The translations under genes were made by a program, and so were the position numbers. A stretch of 64,000 nucleotides of DNA from Marinicella sp. (GTDB taxonomy: Bacteria; Pseudomonadota; Gammaproteobacteria; Xanthomonadales; Marinicellaceae), in the NCBI GenBank assembly GCA_965230295.1, contig OZ246001.1:2944001-3008000 (forward strand), given 5' to 3'. How positions within the stretch are numbered: position 1 is the first letter of the stretch; the number at the start of each line of letters is the position of its first letter. Of the stretch, positions 37,431-49,387 are shown piece by piece. The notes beneath the pieces were generated by a model. The model worked only from the letters and a program-made list of their open reading frames with translations, made no database searches and was not told where the DNA came from.

Positions 37431-38688
37431 CCTGAGTTGTACCATAGCCGGCATTAACAGCATCAATCCATTTTGGCTGGCATCAGCACCACCAACAGAC
37501 AAATACATCAATGTGGTCAGGGCCTTCAAAGCAGGATGGGGGGGTGTGGTTTGGAAAACCTTGGGCGAAGATCCACCCGTGATCAATGTGTCCAGTCGCT
37601 ATGGAGTGCACAAGAACAACAACCACATCGTTGGTATCAATAACATTGAACTGATTTCTGACCGACCTTTACAGGTCAACTTGGATGAGATTAAACAGGT
37701 CAGGAAAGAGTGGCCTGATCGGGTGATCATTGGTTCCATGATGGCTGTCATTGAGGAGCGAGCCTGGAAAGAATTGGCGGTAAAAATTGCCGATGCAGGC
37801 GTACATGGCATTGAACTGAATTTGGGCTGTCCGCATGGCATGTGTGAACGTGGCATGGGCTCGGCCATTGGTCAAGTGCCAGAAATGATTGAACAAGTCA
37901 CCAGGTGGGTCAAAGAAGTGGTTGATATTCCGGTGTTGGTTAAGCTCACACCCAACATCACCAACATCCTGTGGGCTGCCGAAGCGGCGCAGGCTGGTGG
38001 CGCGGATGCGGTGGCTTTGATCAACACGGTGAATTCTATTGTGTCAGTGGACCTGGATGCCATGTCACCCACACCCGTGGTTGGCGGCCAAGGTACTCAT
38101 GGTGGCTATTGTGGCACTGCGGTGAAACCAATCGCCTTGAACATGGTGGCTGAAATCGCCCGCAACCCTGACACGAAAAATCTACAAATTTCTGCCATTG
38201 GTGGTATAGAAAACTGGCGTGATGCTGCAGAATTCATTGCATTGGGAGCCAATGGCTTGCAAGTGTGTACTGCAGCCATGCTGTATGGCTTCCGCATTGT
38301 TGATGACATGATTGCTGGCTTGCAGCAGTGGATGGATGACAAGGGTTATCAGACGCTCGATGATTTTCGCGGGCAAGCCGTGGCAAACACCGTCGATTGG
38401 AATGTGTTGAACATGAATTTCGACACCAAAGCGCTGATTGATGCGGAGTCTTGCATTGAATGTGGTCGCTGTCACATTGCTTGTGAGGACACCAGTCACC
38501 AAGCCATCACTTTTGATGTGGCAGAGGATGGCAAACGTACCTTTACAGTGGTTGATGAGGAGTGTGTCGGTTGTAATTTATGCCAACATGTTTGTCCGGT
38601 GCCTGAGTGTATCAGTATGGTTCCGGTTGAAAACGGTTTGCCCAATTTAACCTGGCCAGATCATCCGTTGAATCCAATGAACTCATAA
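37423..38688 (+). CDS. preA: Dihydropyrimidine dehydrogenase subunit PreA
   Basis: NPFWLASAPPT, NNIELISDR, LNLGCPHGMCERGMG and C-terminal 2x[4Fe-4S] motifs. Confidence 0.95.
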   Translation: MADLSCTIAGINSINPFWLASAPPTDKYINVVRAFKAGWGGVVWKTLGEDPPVINVSSRYGVHKNNNHIVGINNIELISDRPLQVNLDEIKQVRKEWPDRVIIGSMMAVIEERAWKELAVKIADAGVHGIELNLGCPHGMCERGMGSAIGQVPEMIEQVTRWVKEVVDIPVLVKLTPNITNILWAAEAAQAGGADAVALINTVNSIVSVDLDAMSPTPVVGGQGTHGGYCGTAVKPIALNMVAEIARNPDTKNLQISAIGGIENWRDAAEFIALGANGLQVCTAAMLYGFRIVDDMIAGLQQWMDDKGYQTLDDFRGQAVANTVDWNVLNMNFDTKALIDAESCIECGRCHIACEDTSHQAITFDVAEDGKRTFTVVDEECVGCNLCQHVCPVPECISMVPVENGLPNLTWPDHPLNPMNS

Positions 38689-38733
38689 AATTTTTCTATG
38701 AAGGGCATGAAGAAGTGTAAATATAAAAAACAA

Positions 38734-38855
38734 TGTCATCCTGAGTGGAGCGCAGCGAAACCGAAGGATCTCGCAATGCTGGGCTGTGGTTCAGAAACAG
38801 AAATTTCGTGTTCATTGGGAGATTCCTCCACTCGCTTCGCTCGGTCGGAATGACA
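38734..38855. repeat. GTCAT-type REP doublet
   Basis: TGTCATCCTGAG...GAAGGATCTC paired with GAGATTCCTCC...GGAATGACA; an inverted relative is at 44246-44340. Confidence 0.85.
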
Positions 38856-38888
38856 TGTCTTTCATTTGATATAAAAAACTAAAACAAT

Positions 38889-40199
38889 ATGACAAAGCAA
38901 AACTTAGAAAACTACTGGATGCCCTTTACGGCCAACCGTCAATTCAAAGCCAAACCGCGGTTGGTGGTGGGTGCCGATGGCATGTATTTTAAACTGGATG
39001 ATGGTCGCCAATTACTCGATGGCATAGCTGGGCTGTGGTGCTGCAATGCAGGGCACAATCGGCCTCGCATCGTGGAAGCCGTTCGGAAACAAGCCGGCGA
39101 ATTGGATTATGCACCCTCATTCCAAATGGGCCATCCCAAACAATTTGAATTGGCAGAACGTCTGGCCAATCACATGCCAGGTGATTTGAACAAAGTGTTT
39201 TTCACCAACTCGGGTTCTGAGTCGGTCGAAACTGCCTTGAAAATGGCGATTGCCTACCATCGGGTCCGTGGAGAAGGTCACCGCACCCGATTGATCGGGC
39301 GGGAAAAGGGCTATCATGGCGTGAACTTTGGTGGCATGTCAGTGGGCGGCATGCCAGCCAATCGCAAGATGTTTGGCTCGCTGGTGGCTGGTGTGGATCA
39401 TTTGCGCCATACCCATGGTGTTGCAGGTAATGAATTTTCAAAAGGCCAACCTGATTATGGCGAAGAATTGGCCGATGATTTGTTGCGTATGGTGGATTTG
39501 CATGATGCATCGACCATTGCGGCTGTGATAGTAGAGCCGTTGGCTGGCTCAGCAGGGGTGATTTTACCGCCAAAGGGCTATCTGCAAAGACTGAGAAAAA
39601 TTTGTAATGCCCATGGCATCTTGCTTATTTTTGATGAAGTGATCACTGGCTTTGGCCGCTTGGGTGCACCTTTTGCAGTGAATTACTTTGGGGTAGAGCC
39701 TGATTTGGTCACCACGGCCAAGGGTTTGACCAATGGGGTGGTGCCCATGGGTGCCGTGTTTGCTCAGGATTATATTTATGATGCTTTCATGCATGGTCCA
39801 GACAATGCCATCGAGTTTTTCCATGGTTACACCTATTCAGGCAACCCCATGGCCTGTGCCACGGCTTTGGGTGTGCTTGACACCTATGAAGAAGACGGAC
39901 TGTTGACTCGTGCCAGCAGCTTGGCCGAATACTGGCAAGAAAAAGTGCACTCGCTGAAAGACCTGGAACATGTCATTGATTTAAGAAATTTGGGCTTGAT
40001 CGCAGGTATTGAGCTGAGGCCCAGGGAAGGCGCACCAACAGCGCGGGCCTTTGATGCCTTTTTGCAAGCCTATGATGCAGGTTTATTGATCCGCACCACA
40101 GGTGACACCATCGCTTTGTCACCCCCTTTGATCATAGAAAAAGAGCACATTGATTTTGCCTTTGAAACCTTGCGCAACATCATACATAACTTAGATTGA
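38889..40199 (+). CDS. Beta-alanine/omega-amino acid-pyruvate aminotransferase (class III)
   Basis: YWMPFTANRQFK, AGLWCCNAGH, IFDEVITGFGR, TAKGLTNG, HGYTYSG. Confidence 0.92.
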   Translation: MTKQNLENYWMPFTANRQFKAKPRLVVGADGMYFKLDDGRQLLDGIAGLWCCNAGHNRPRIVEAVRKQAGELDYAPSFQMGHPKQFELAERLANHMPGDLNKVFFTNSGSESVETALKMAIAYHRVRGEGHRTRLIGREKGYHGVNFGGMSVGGMPANRKMFGSLVAGVDHLRHTHGVAGNEFSKGQPDYGEELADDLLRMVDLHDASTIAAVIVEPLAGSAGVILPPKGYLQRLRKICNAHGILLIFDEVITGFGRLGAPFAVNYFGVEPDLVTTAKGLTNGVVPMGAVFAQDYIYDAFMHGPDNAIEFFHGYTYSGNPMACATALGVLDTYEEDGLLTRASSLAEYWQEKVHSLKDLEHVIDLRNLGLIAGIELRPREGAPTARAFDAFLQAYDAGLLIRTTGDTIALSPPLIIEKEHIDFAFETLRNIIHNLD

Positions 40200-40211
40200 C
40201 AGAGAATAATT

Positions 40212-41708
40212 ATGGCATTGATACAACACATCATTAACGGTCAAAGGACTTCAGGTTCAACTGGAAAAACCCAGGCAGTGTTTAACCCAGCCAGCGGAGC
40301 GCAAACCGGAGAACTGGTATTGGGTGGCGCACAAGACGTTAACCAGGCCGTAGAATCATCCAATGCTGCTTTCAAGACTTGGTCGCAAACACCACCGGCC
40401 AAAAGGGCTGCAGTGATGTTCAACCTGCGACAGTTGTTGATGGATCGAGCCGATGAAGTGGCCCAAACCATCAGCAAAGAACATGGCAAAACGCATGATG
40501 ATGCGCTGGGTGAAGTGACCCGTGCCCTGGAAGTGATTGAATATGCTTGTGGCATTTCAGAAAAACTCAAAGGCGATTTCAATGCCAATGTAGGTCCCAA
40601 TATTGATACCCATTCAGAACGACAACCACTGGGCGTTGTGGCAGGGATCACACCTTTTAACTTTCCTGCGATGGTGCCTTTGTGGATGATCCCCATGGCC
40701 TTAGCCACGGGCAACACCTTCATCTTAAAACCCTCTGAAAGAGACCCATCCAGTGCCAATTTGGTACACGATTTATTTGCTGAAGCAGGGTTGCCAGCCG
40801 GCGTGTTGAATGTGGTTCACGGTGGTAAGGAAGCAGTGGATGCCATTTTAGACCACCCAGAGATAAAAGCCGTCAGCTTCGTAGGCTCGACCCCCATAGC
40901 AGAATATGTCTATACCCGTGGCTGTGCGGCGGGTAAAAGGGTTCAGGCCTTGGGCGGTGCCAAAAATCACATGATCATCATGCCGGATGCCGATTTAGAT
41001 CAAGCGGCAGATGCCTTGTTAGGTGCTGGCTTTGGCTCTGCTGGTGAACGCTGCATGGCCATCAGTATGGCTGTGCCTGTGGGTGAAGAAACAGCCGATC
41101 GTTTGATCGCAAAACTCAAACCACAAGTCGAAGCATTGAACATCGGTCCCCATGATCAGGAAGGTGCTGAAATGGGTCCTGTGATCACCAAAGAAGCCCA
41201 AACCCGCATTGAGGGGATGATCACCGATGGCGAACATGAAGGCGCACAGGTGGTGGTGGACGGCAGGAATTACCAAGTGCCTGGATATGAACAAGGATTT
41301 TGGGTGGGTGCCACCCTGTTGGATCACGTTCAACCCGATATGTCGGTTTATAAGCAAGAAATATTTGGCCCGGTGCTCTCAGTGTTGCGGGCCAAGGATT
41401 ATGATCAGGCTGTTGATCTGATCAATGCCCATGAATACGGCAATGGCACCGCGATTTTCACGCGGGACGGTGATGCAGCCAGAAACTTCGCATCCAAGAT
41501 TCAAGTGGGGATGGTGGGCATCAATGTGCCCATTCCAGTGCCAGTGGCGTATCACAGTTTTGGCGGCTGGAAACGTTCAATCTTTGGTGCCCATGGTATT
41601 TATGGACCAGAAGCGGTGCATTTTTACACCAAATTAAAAACCGTGACATCCAGGTGGCCAACAGGCATCAGATCAGGTGCACAGTTTACCTTTCCGAGTA
41701 TGAATTGA
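40212..41708 (+). CDS. mmsA: CoA-acylating (methyl)malonate-semialdehyde dehydrogenase
   Basis: ITPFNFPAMVP, LKPSERDP, GGAKNH, AGERCMA, GMVGINVPIPVP. Confidence 0.93.
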   Translation: MALIQHIINGQRTSGSTGKTQAVFNPASGAQTGELVLGGAQDVNQAVESSNAAFKTWSQTPPAKRAAVMFNLRQLLMDRADEVAQTISKEHGKTHDDALGEVTRALEVIEYACGISEKLKGDFNANVGPNIDTHSERQPLGVVAGITPFNFPAMVPLWMIPMALATGNTFILKPSERDPSSANLVHDLFAEAGLPAGVLNVVHGGKEAVDAILDHPEIKAVSFVGSTPIAEYVYTRGCAAGKRVQALGGAKNHMIIMPDADLDQAADALLGAGFGSAGERCMAISMAVPVGEETADRLIAKLKPQVEALNIGPHDQEGAEMGPVITKEAQTRIEGMITDGEHEGAQVVVDGRNYQVPGYEQGFWVGATLLDHVQPDMSVYKQEIFGPVLSVLRAKDYDQAVDLINAHEYGNGTAIFTRDGDAARNFASKIQVGMVGINVPIPVPVAYHSFGGWKRSIFGAHGIYGPEAVHFYTKLKTVTSRWPTGIRSGAQFTFPSMN

Positions 41709-41807
41709 GAATTTGATTTAATCATGAAAAAAATTAAACCACTAGGTAAATGAAAGTAATGAAGGAAATAACTAATAAATTAAAGAATAATATTTCTAAC
41801 ATAATTT

Positions 41808-43256
41808 ATGAATGATACTGAACAAAAAACAGACTTTATAGATGATTTAATTAAATATATTGTGGATTATATTTTCGAAAATAATTTACAGAGGCATGAA
41901 ATTCGTACGAGAGAACTGGCTAAAAAACACCTAAAGACTCGAGGGATTGTTGGTGGTCATATTTCTACATCATTAAAGGTTCCAGTAAAATTTATAGGTT
42001 TTAGTTTTCCAGAATTTCGTAAAATCGGGGAAGATGATTTTCAATATATTTTAACTAAGCTAAAGTTCCTTGAATTTGAGAATTGTGATTTTGACTGTAC
42101 TTCTCTGGTAAAGGTAAAAATTCCATGCTCCTTTAGAAGCTGTAAATTTACGAATGAATATGAACTATATAACCATGAGCCAGTGGAAAAAAATGGACTT
42201 CTTTATGATAAGTGTACTTTTGAAAAACCAGTTAATGTTCAAACAAGTAAATTAGGAGACTATAAATTTGTGATTTTTAAAGACTGCAAATTTAAATCAG
42301 ACCTAAAACTAACAAAAATAGTATCAGATTCACTAATTTTTGACTTATCCAGTAGTGATATTCAAATAAAGAGTCTATCAATTAGTGGCTCTGAATTTTC
42401 AAATAAATTTTATCTCAACAATGTTGAAAATAATTTAATAAAGAATGTTGATATTTCAAACTCAGTATTTAAGTCTAAATTTGAGTTTAAAAATAATGAT
42501 GTTGGGTCACTAGTTGTAATTGACACAAACTTTGAAAGTATTGCTGATTTTTTTGATACCAATTTTGAAAAGGCATATTTTGAAAAATGTATCATTGAAG
42601 ATTTTATTGGTTTTGAGAAATGTGAATTTGGTAAAAAAGAAAGTAGTGCTGGTGGTGAGAAGTCGCAATTTATTTATACTACTTTTAAAAATATACCAAA
42701 TTTTCGGAGCACAAAATTCTATTGTGGATTAGACATAGAAACTGCTAATTTTTTAGGAATGCCCAATTTTTTAAATTCTGAGGTGAGCCAACTAAATACA
42801 AATAGAGAGACTTTTAGAATCATTAAAAATTCTTTTGACAAAGTAGGAAATCATATTGAAGCAAATAAATTTTTTGTTTTGGAAATGAAAAAAAGGCGTG
42901 CTGAGTTAGAAAAAACAAAAGATTGGCAAGAAAAGTTTGTTTTTAAGTGGAATGATAGGCTCTCAGGGTTTGGTCAAAGCTATCTAAAGCCTTTTCTATG
43001 GTTAGTTTTAGCTATTGTTTTATTATGGATTTTGGATGTTGGTAAAACGCAAAATTGGATTTATATATTTGATGATAATACAAATAGTAATATTTCATTT
43101 GTTATAGAGAATATCAACAACATCGCAAAGTTGTTTTTACCATTTCAGAAATTTTTAATTGTGGGAATGGAAATGATAAGTTTAATTTTTTATGTAGCTT
43201 ATTTAGTACTCATTTGGCAAATAATAGTTGCAGTTAAAAGGCATACTAAAAGGTAG
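41808..43256 (+). CDS. AT-rich pentapeptide-repeat-like protein with C-terminal TM segments
   Basis: Repeated F..C.F / F....F spacing, RETFRIIK..F...GN.IEA, then GFGQSYLKPFLWL and hydrophobic helices. Confidence 0.65.
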   Translation: MNDTEQKTDFIDDLIKYIVDYIFENNLQRHEIRTRELAKKHLKTRGIVGGHISTSLKVPVKFIGFSFPEFRKIGEDDFQYILTKLKFLEFENCDFDCTSLVKVKIPCSFRSCKFTNEYELYNHEPVEKNGLLYDKCTFEKPVNVQTSKLGDYKFVIFKDCKFKSDLKLTKIVSDSLIFDLSSSDIQIKSLSISGSEFSNKFYLNNVENNLIKNVDISNSVFKSKFEFKNNDVGSLVVIDTNFESIADFFDTNFEKAYFEKCIIEDFIGFEKCEFGKKESSAGGEKSQFIYTTFKNIPNFRSTKFYCGLDIETANFLGMPNFLNSEVSQLNTNRETFRIIKNSFDKVGNHIEANKFFVLEMKKRRAELEKTKDWQEKFVFKWNDRLSGFGQSYLKPFLWLVLAIVLLWILDVGKTQNWIYIFDDNTNSNISFVIENINNIAKLFLPFQKFLIVGMEMISLIFYVAYLVLIWQIIVAVKRHTKR

Positions 43257-43350
43257 ACAATTTGATTAAATTAATAACTTATACTTCATTAACTTCATAA
43301 CCTTCAAGGTGAAAAAAATACTACATACAAAATAAAAAGAGGACAACAAT

Positions 43351-44220
43351 ATGGCAACACTGAAAGCAGGATTGATTCAAATGGCACTGAAGTCATCGAC
43401 CGACAATGACCCGGAAACCATCCGCAAGGCGATGATTGACGCCCACATTCCGTACATCGAACAAGCGGGGGAACAAGGTGTTCAGGTGTTGAGTTTTCAG
43501 GAGGTGTTCACCCAACCTTATTTTTGCCCCAGTCAGGACAATAAATGGTATGGCAGTGCTGAATCCATTCCTGATGGACCAACCACTCAGTTAATGATGG
43601 AATATGCAGCCAAATACAAAATGGTGATCGTGGTGCCCATTTATGAAAAAGACGCAGTCAGTGGGATTTATTACAACACCGCAGCAGTGATTGATGCAGA
43701 TGGCAGTTATCTGGGTAAATACCGCAAAACTCACATCCCACAAGTGGCTGGTTTCTGGGAAAAATTCTTTTTTAAGCCAGGTGCCTCTAATTGGCCAGTA
43801 TTTCAGACCCAATATTGTAAGTTAGGCGTATATATTTGTTATGACCGACACTTTCCCGAGGGGTGGCGTGCTTTGGCTTTGAATGGTGCTGAATACATCG
43901 TCAACCCATCTGCCACTGTCGCCGGCTTGTCTGAATACTTGTGGAAATTAGAGCAGCCGGCTGCAGCCGCTGCCAATGGCTGTTGGATTGGTGCCATTAA
44001 TCGTGTAGGAACCGAAGCGCCTTGGAACATCGGTGAGTTTTATGGACAAACCTATTTTGTCAACCCCAGGGGGCAGATTGAAAAAGAAGCCAGCCGCGAT
44101 CAGGATGAATTGATCACCCATGATTTGGACATGGACATGATTCAAGAAGTCAGGAACACCTGGCAGTTCTTCCGTGACAGGCGACCCAGCACTTATGGCA
44201 AATTAACCGATGGCGAGTAA
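43351..44220 (+). CDS. Beta-ureidopropionase, nitrilase (C-N hydrolase) family
   Basis: FQE, KYRKTHIP and ICYDRHFPE triad motifs; NPSATV, FFRDRRP; pyrimidine cluster context. Confidence 0.88.
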   Translation: MATLKAGLIQMALKSSTDNDPETIRKAMIDAHIPYIEQAGEQGVQVLSFQEVFTQPYFCPSQDNKWYGSAESIPDGPTTQLMMEYAAKYKMVIVVPIYEKDAVSGIYYNTAAVIDADGSYLGKYRKTHIPQVAGFWEKFFFKPGASNWPVFQTQYCKLGVYICYDRHFPEGWRALALNGAEYIVNPSATVAGLSEYLWKLEQPAAAAANGCWIGAINRVGTEAPWNIGEFYGQTYFVNPRGQIEKEASRDQDELITHDLDMDMIQEVRNTWQFFRDRRPSTYGKLTDGE

Positions 44221-44245
44221 TGCTTATTAAAAGACTCAATAGTGT

Positions 44246-44340
44246 TGTCATTCCGACTAAGCGAAGCGCATGGAGGAATCTCCTGAAGATAAATACCATC
44301 TTAGCTTTTAAGAGATCCTTCGACTGCGCTCAGGATGACA
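44246..44340. repeat. GTCAT-type REP doublet
   Basis: TGTCATTCCGAC...GGAGGAATCTCC paired with GAGATCCTTCGACTGCGCTCAGGATGACA. Confidence 0.85.
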
Positions 44341-44379
44341 TTAATACTGACTTCGTGGGAATTCAAAACAGGTAAAAAT

Positions 44380-45822
44380 ATGAACAACGACACAATAAAC
44401 AGTAGAGCAGCTGACGATTTATACAACGAGGACTTGGCGCCTACGGATACAGCTTCAAGAACTTGGGACTGGAAGTCATATGCCGCACTGTGGGTAGCCA
44501 TGGTGGTCTGTGTACCGACTTATATGTTGGCTGGCGGTCTGGTGTCTGAAGGCATGTCCTGGTGGCAAGCGGTGATGACAGTTTTATTGGGCAATGTGAT
44601 CGTTTTGGTGCCAATGATGCTGATCGGCCATGCCGGTGCCAAGCATGGCATACCATTTCCTGTTTTACTGCGATCATCGTTTGGCACCAAGGGTGCTCGA
44701 ATTCCTGCTGTAGCTCGTGGTTTGGTGGCCTGCGGTTGGTTTGGGATCAATACCTGGGTGGGCGGATCAGCCATCTATGTCATCATCAACGCGTTAACCG
44801 GTGGCGCCATTACCGGTTCACCCTTGCCATTGCTGGGGATCGATGTGGGCCAGTTTGTTTCATTCATTGGCTTTTGGGCCATGCATTTGTATTTCATTAA
44901 GCACGGTACCGAAAGCATCCGCTGGTTAGAAACCTATGCTGCACCGTTCTTGATCCTTATGGGCTTGGTGTTGTTGGGTTGGGCTTATTACACCGCAGGT
45001 GGCTTTGGCGAAATGTTGTCTGCGCCCTCTCAGTTTGCCGCTGGTGGTGAGCGAGAAGGGCAGTTTTTTGGTGTGTTTGTCGCCAGCTTGACAGCGATGG
45101 TGGGATTTTGGGCGACCATGGCATTGAACATCCCTGATTTCACCCGCTTTGCCAAATCACAAAAAGATCAAATCATTGGACAAGCCATTGGCTTACCGCT
45201 ACCGATGGCTTTATTTGCCTTTATCAGCGTAGCGGTGACATCGGCTACTGTGACCATATACGGAGAGGCCATCTGGGATCCAGTGACTTTGGCCGGTAAA
45301 ATGGGGGGCATCGGCGTGATTGTGGCCCTGGCTGCTCTGGTGGTGGCGACTTTAACCACCAACTTGGCCGCCAACGTGGTGGCACCTGCCTATGGGTTTT
45401 CTAATCTGAATCCCAAGAAAATCAGTTTTAAAATGGGTGGCTACATCACAGCCGCCATTGGCATTGCCATTTTTCCATGGAAGCTGTTGGAGACGGCCGG
45501 CGGGTACTTGTTTGTGTGGCTGGTGGGCTATTCAGCCTTGTTGGGTCCTATTGCTGGTATTTTAATAGTGGATTATTTTTTGGTCAGAAAAAGCGAGCTT
45601 GATGCCGATGCTTTGTTCAGCCATGAAGGCCAGTATGGGGCCTGGAATTGGGCGGGTATGGTGGCATTGATACTTGGAATTTTGCCCAATTTACCTGGAT
45701 TTTTACATGCGGCAGGTGCCTTAGACAGTGTGCCAGCTGTGTTTGATACACTGTACAGTTATGCCTGGTTTGTGGGTTTATTGATTGCAGGTGTAGTGTA
45801 TATGGTGTTGAATAAGAAATGA
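44380..45822 (+). CDS. NCS1 nucleobase:cation symporter
   Basis: LYNEDLAP...RTW, GIPFPVLLRSSFG, NIPDFTRF, NLAANVVAP; start reassigned because the longer ORF begins inside a REP. Confidence 0.93.
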   Translation: MNNDTINSRAADDLYNEDLAPTDTASRTWDWKSYAALWVAMVVCVPTYMLAGGLVSEGMSWWQAVMTVLLGNVIVLVPMMLIGHAGAKHGIPFPVLLRSSFGTKGARIPAVARGLVACGWFGINTWVGGSAIYVIINALTGGAITGSPLPLLGIDVGQFVSFIGFWAMHLYFIKHGTESIRWLETYAAPFLILMGLVLLGWAYYTAGGFGEMLSAPSQFAAGGEREGQFFGVFVASLTAMVGFWATMALNIPDFTRFAKSQKDQIIGQAIGLPLPMALFAFISVAVTSATVTIYGEAIWDPVTLAGKMGGIGVIVALAALVVATLTTNLAANVVAPAYGFSNLNPKKISFKMGGYITAAIGIAIFPWKLLETAGGYLFVWLVGYSALLGPIAGILIVDYFLVRKSELDADALFSHEGQYGAWNWAGMVALILGILPNLPGFLHAAGALDSVPAVFDTLYSYAWFVGLLIAGVVYMVLNKK

Positions 45823-45826
45823 ATGA

Positions 45827-47317
<1,491 letters not shown>

Positions 47318-47328
47318 GGTATAGTCAG

Positions 47329-47781
47329 GTGACAGACATGCATAAAGACGAGTTTCTCCAAGCAGCCATTGATGAAGCCAAGAAGGGTTTAGCGGCAGGC
47401 GGCATACCCATTGGGTCGGTGTTGGTCATAGATGGCAAAATCGTTGGAAGGGGGCACAACCAAAGGGTACAAAAAGGCAGTGCAGTGCTACATGCTGAGA
47501 TGGACTGTTTAGAGAATGCCGGTCGCATCAAAGCCGCTGACTACAAAAGAGCCGTCCTTTACTCCACCTTATCGCCTTGTGACATGTGCAGTGGCACCGT
47601 ATTGTTGTATGGCATTCCTAAAGTGATTGTGGGTGAAAATATAACCTTTCAGGGACCAGAAGCCTATGTCCGCTCAAGAGGTGTCGAAGTCAATGTAGTG
47701 AATGATGCTGAATGCATCGCCATGATGGAAAACTTCATCGAAGATCGACCTGAACTCTGGAATGAAGACATCGGCGAATAG
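47329..47781 (+). CDS. Cytosine deaminase, CDA-fold (yeast Fcy1-like)
   Basis: GGIPIGS, GHNQRVQ, HAE, TLSPCDMC and C-terminal WNEDIGE. Confidence 0.85.
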   Translation: MTDMHKDEFLQAAIDEAKKGLAAGGIPIGSVLVIDGKIVGRGHNQRVQKGSAVLHAEMDCLENAGRIKAADYKRAVLYSTLSPCDMCSGTVLLYGIPKVIVGENITFQGPEAYVRSRGVEVNVVNDAECIAMMENFIEDRPELWNEDIGE

Positions 47782-47795
47782 TGAGGATTTCTTGG

Positions 47796-48674
47796 TTAAC
47801 CCCAATATTTCATCGAGTCAACGATCCGTAAATACGATTGATAACGACTTTCTCTGATTTCATTTTTTTTAACGGCCCCCATGATGGCACACTGAGGTTC
47901 ATGGATGTGGGTACAGTTACTGAATTTACATTGCCCCAGATAGGTTTGGAATTCACGGAAGCCGCCGGCAATTTCATGCGGTGTCATGATCCACAAGCCA
48001 TATTCCCATACGCCAGGAGAGTCAATGATCATGGCATTCAAGGGATCATCATGGTACATCTGGGTGACACTGGTGGTGTGAGCACCTTTACCTGTCTTGT
48101 CAGATAATTTACCTGTTTTGAGTTCAACTGAGGGCATCATGACACGGGTTATGGATGATTTACCGACCCCGGATTGACCAACGATCACAGTGGTTTTGTC
48201 TTTCAGTAAGGGTTTAATGGCCGCAATCGATGGTTCATCTTTTTTTGATGTTTTGAAGACCTGATAGCCCAGTTGCTCATATTGGTTGATGATGCTGATG
48301 AATACTCTGGAATCAATGTCCGATTTATTGAAGACCAAAATAGGTTCTATATTTTCCAGTTCGGCAGTCACTAAATAGCGATTTAAAATGTCACGGGTCG
48401 GTGAAGGCTTGACTGCCATGACAATCATGATTTGGTCAATGTTGGCTGCAATGTGTTGTTTGCGTCCGCGATTGTCAGCTCGACAAAAACTGTTGAATCG
48501 TTTTTCAATTTTCTTGATTTTATAGCCTGATTTTGAAGATTCAACGGTCACCACATCACCACAAATGGGTTTCAGCTTGCGTGCAAAGAAGGCATTGATG
48601 GTGCTGAAATCATCCAGATTCATCAAACTGGCTGTGGTTTTTTGGGTCGAGGTGACTCGATAAACATCTGTCAT
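47796..48674 (-). CDS. rsgA: Ribosome small subunit-dependent GTPase A
   Basis: NKSD, GQSGVGKSS, G.HTT, DSPG and CKFSNCTHIHEPQC. Confidence 0.95.
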   Translation of the reverse strand: MTDVYRVTSTQKTTASLMNLDDFSTINAFFARKLKPICGDVVTVESSKSGYKIKKIEKRFNSFCRADNRGRKQHIAANIDQIMIVMAVKPSPTRDILNRYLVTAELENIEPILVFNKSDIDSRVFISIINQYEQLGYQVFKTSKKDEPSIAAIKPLLKDKTTVIVGQSGVGKSSITRVMMPSVELKTGKLSDKTGKGAHTTSVTQMYHDDPLNAMIIDSPGVWEYGLWIMTPHEIAGGFREFQTYLGQCKFSNCTHIHEPQCAIMGAVKKNEIRESRYQSYLRIVDSMKYWG

Positions 48675-48774
48675 GGCGACATGGTAACTGAATTACCGGA
48701 TTATTCCAACATGCAGGCTTTCCTTACGTTAAAATAAGCCTCATCAAAAATCGCAGCTATAAAAGGAATGTTCA

Positions 48775-49368
48775 ATGAGCAATAAGACTAATTTAATCTG
48801 GATTGACCTGGAAATGACCGGCTTGGATCCATTCAAAGACCGGGTTATTGAAATCGCCACCATTGTGACCAACCAGGAATTGGAGACCATCGCTGAAGGG
48901 CCTTGTATAGCCATCCACCAAGATGAAAAAGTTTTACATGCCATGGATGAATGGAATACGGAGCATCACAGCAATTCTGGCTTGTGGGATCGGGTGGTGA
49001 ATTCTGATGTTTCTGCCCGAGAAGCCGAACAACTGACCATTGAATTTTTACAAGAGCATGTTGACATCCATTCATCACCCATGTGTGGCAACAGTATTTG
49101 TCAGGATCGAAGGTTTTTGGCCAAATGGATGCCAAAACTGGAAAATTATTTTCATTACCGACAAATTGATGTCAGTTCAATCAAAGAGTTGATCAGACGC
49201 TGGAACCCACAGTTGTTGAACGGTTTCAGTAAAACAGGGCAGCATTTGGCTTTGGCAGACATTCAGGAATCAATCAAAGAGTTGCAATACTACCGTCAAT
49301 TCATGGGAGAAATTGGTGGTCAGGGGGGCGGACAAAAAAAACCACCAGGATTTACTGGTGGTCTATAA
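48775..49368 (+). CDS. orn: Oligoribonuclease
   Basis: [37 protein letters not shown]. Confidence 0.97.
   Translation: MSNKTNLIWIDLEMTGLDPFKDRVIEIATIVTNQELETIAEGPCIAIHQDEKVLHAMDEWNTEHHSNSGLWDRVVNSDVSAREAEQLTIEFLQEHVDIHSSPMCGNSICQDRRFLAKWMPKLENYFHYRQIDVSSIKELIRRWNPQLLNGFSKTGQHLALADIQESIKELQYYRQFMGEIGGQGGGQKKPPGFTGGL
49334..49362 (-). terminator. Intrinsic terminator of pilH, overlapping the orn 3' end
   Basis: ACCACCAG/CTGGTGGT hairpin preceded by an A-run on the + strand. Confidence 0.7.
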
Positions 49369-49387
49369 ATCAGTTGTTATTTTTGGT

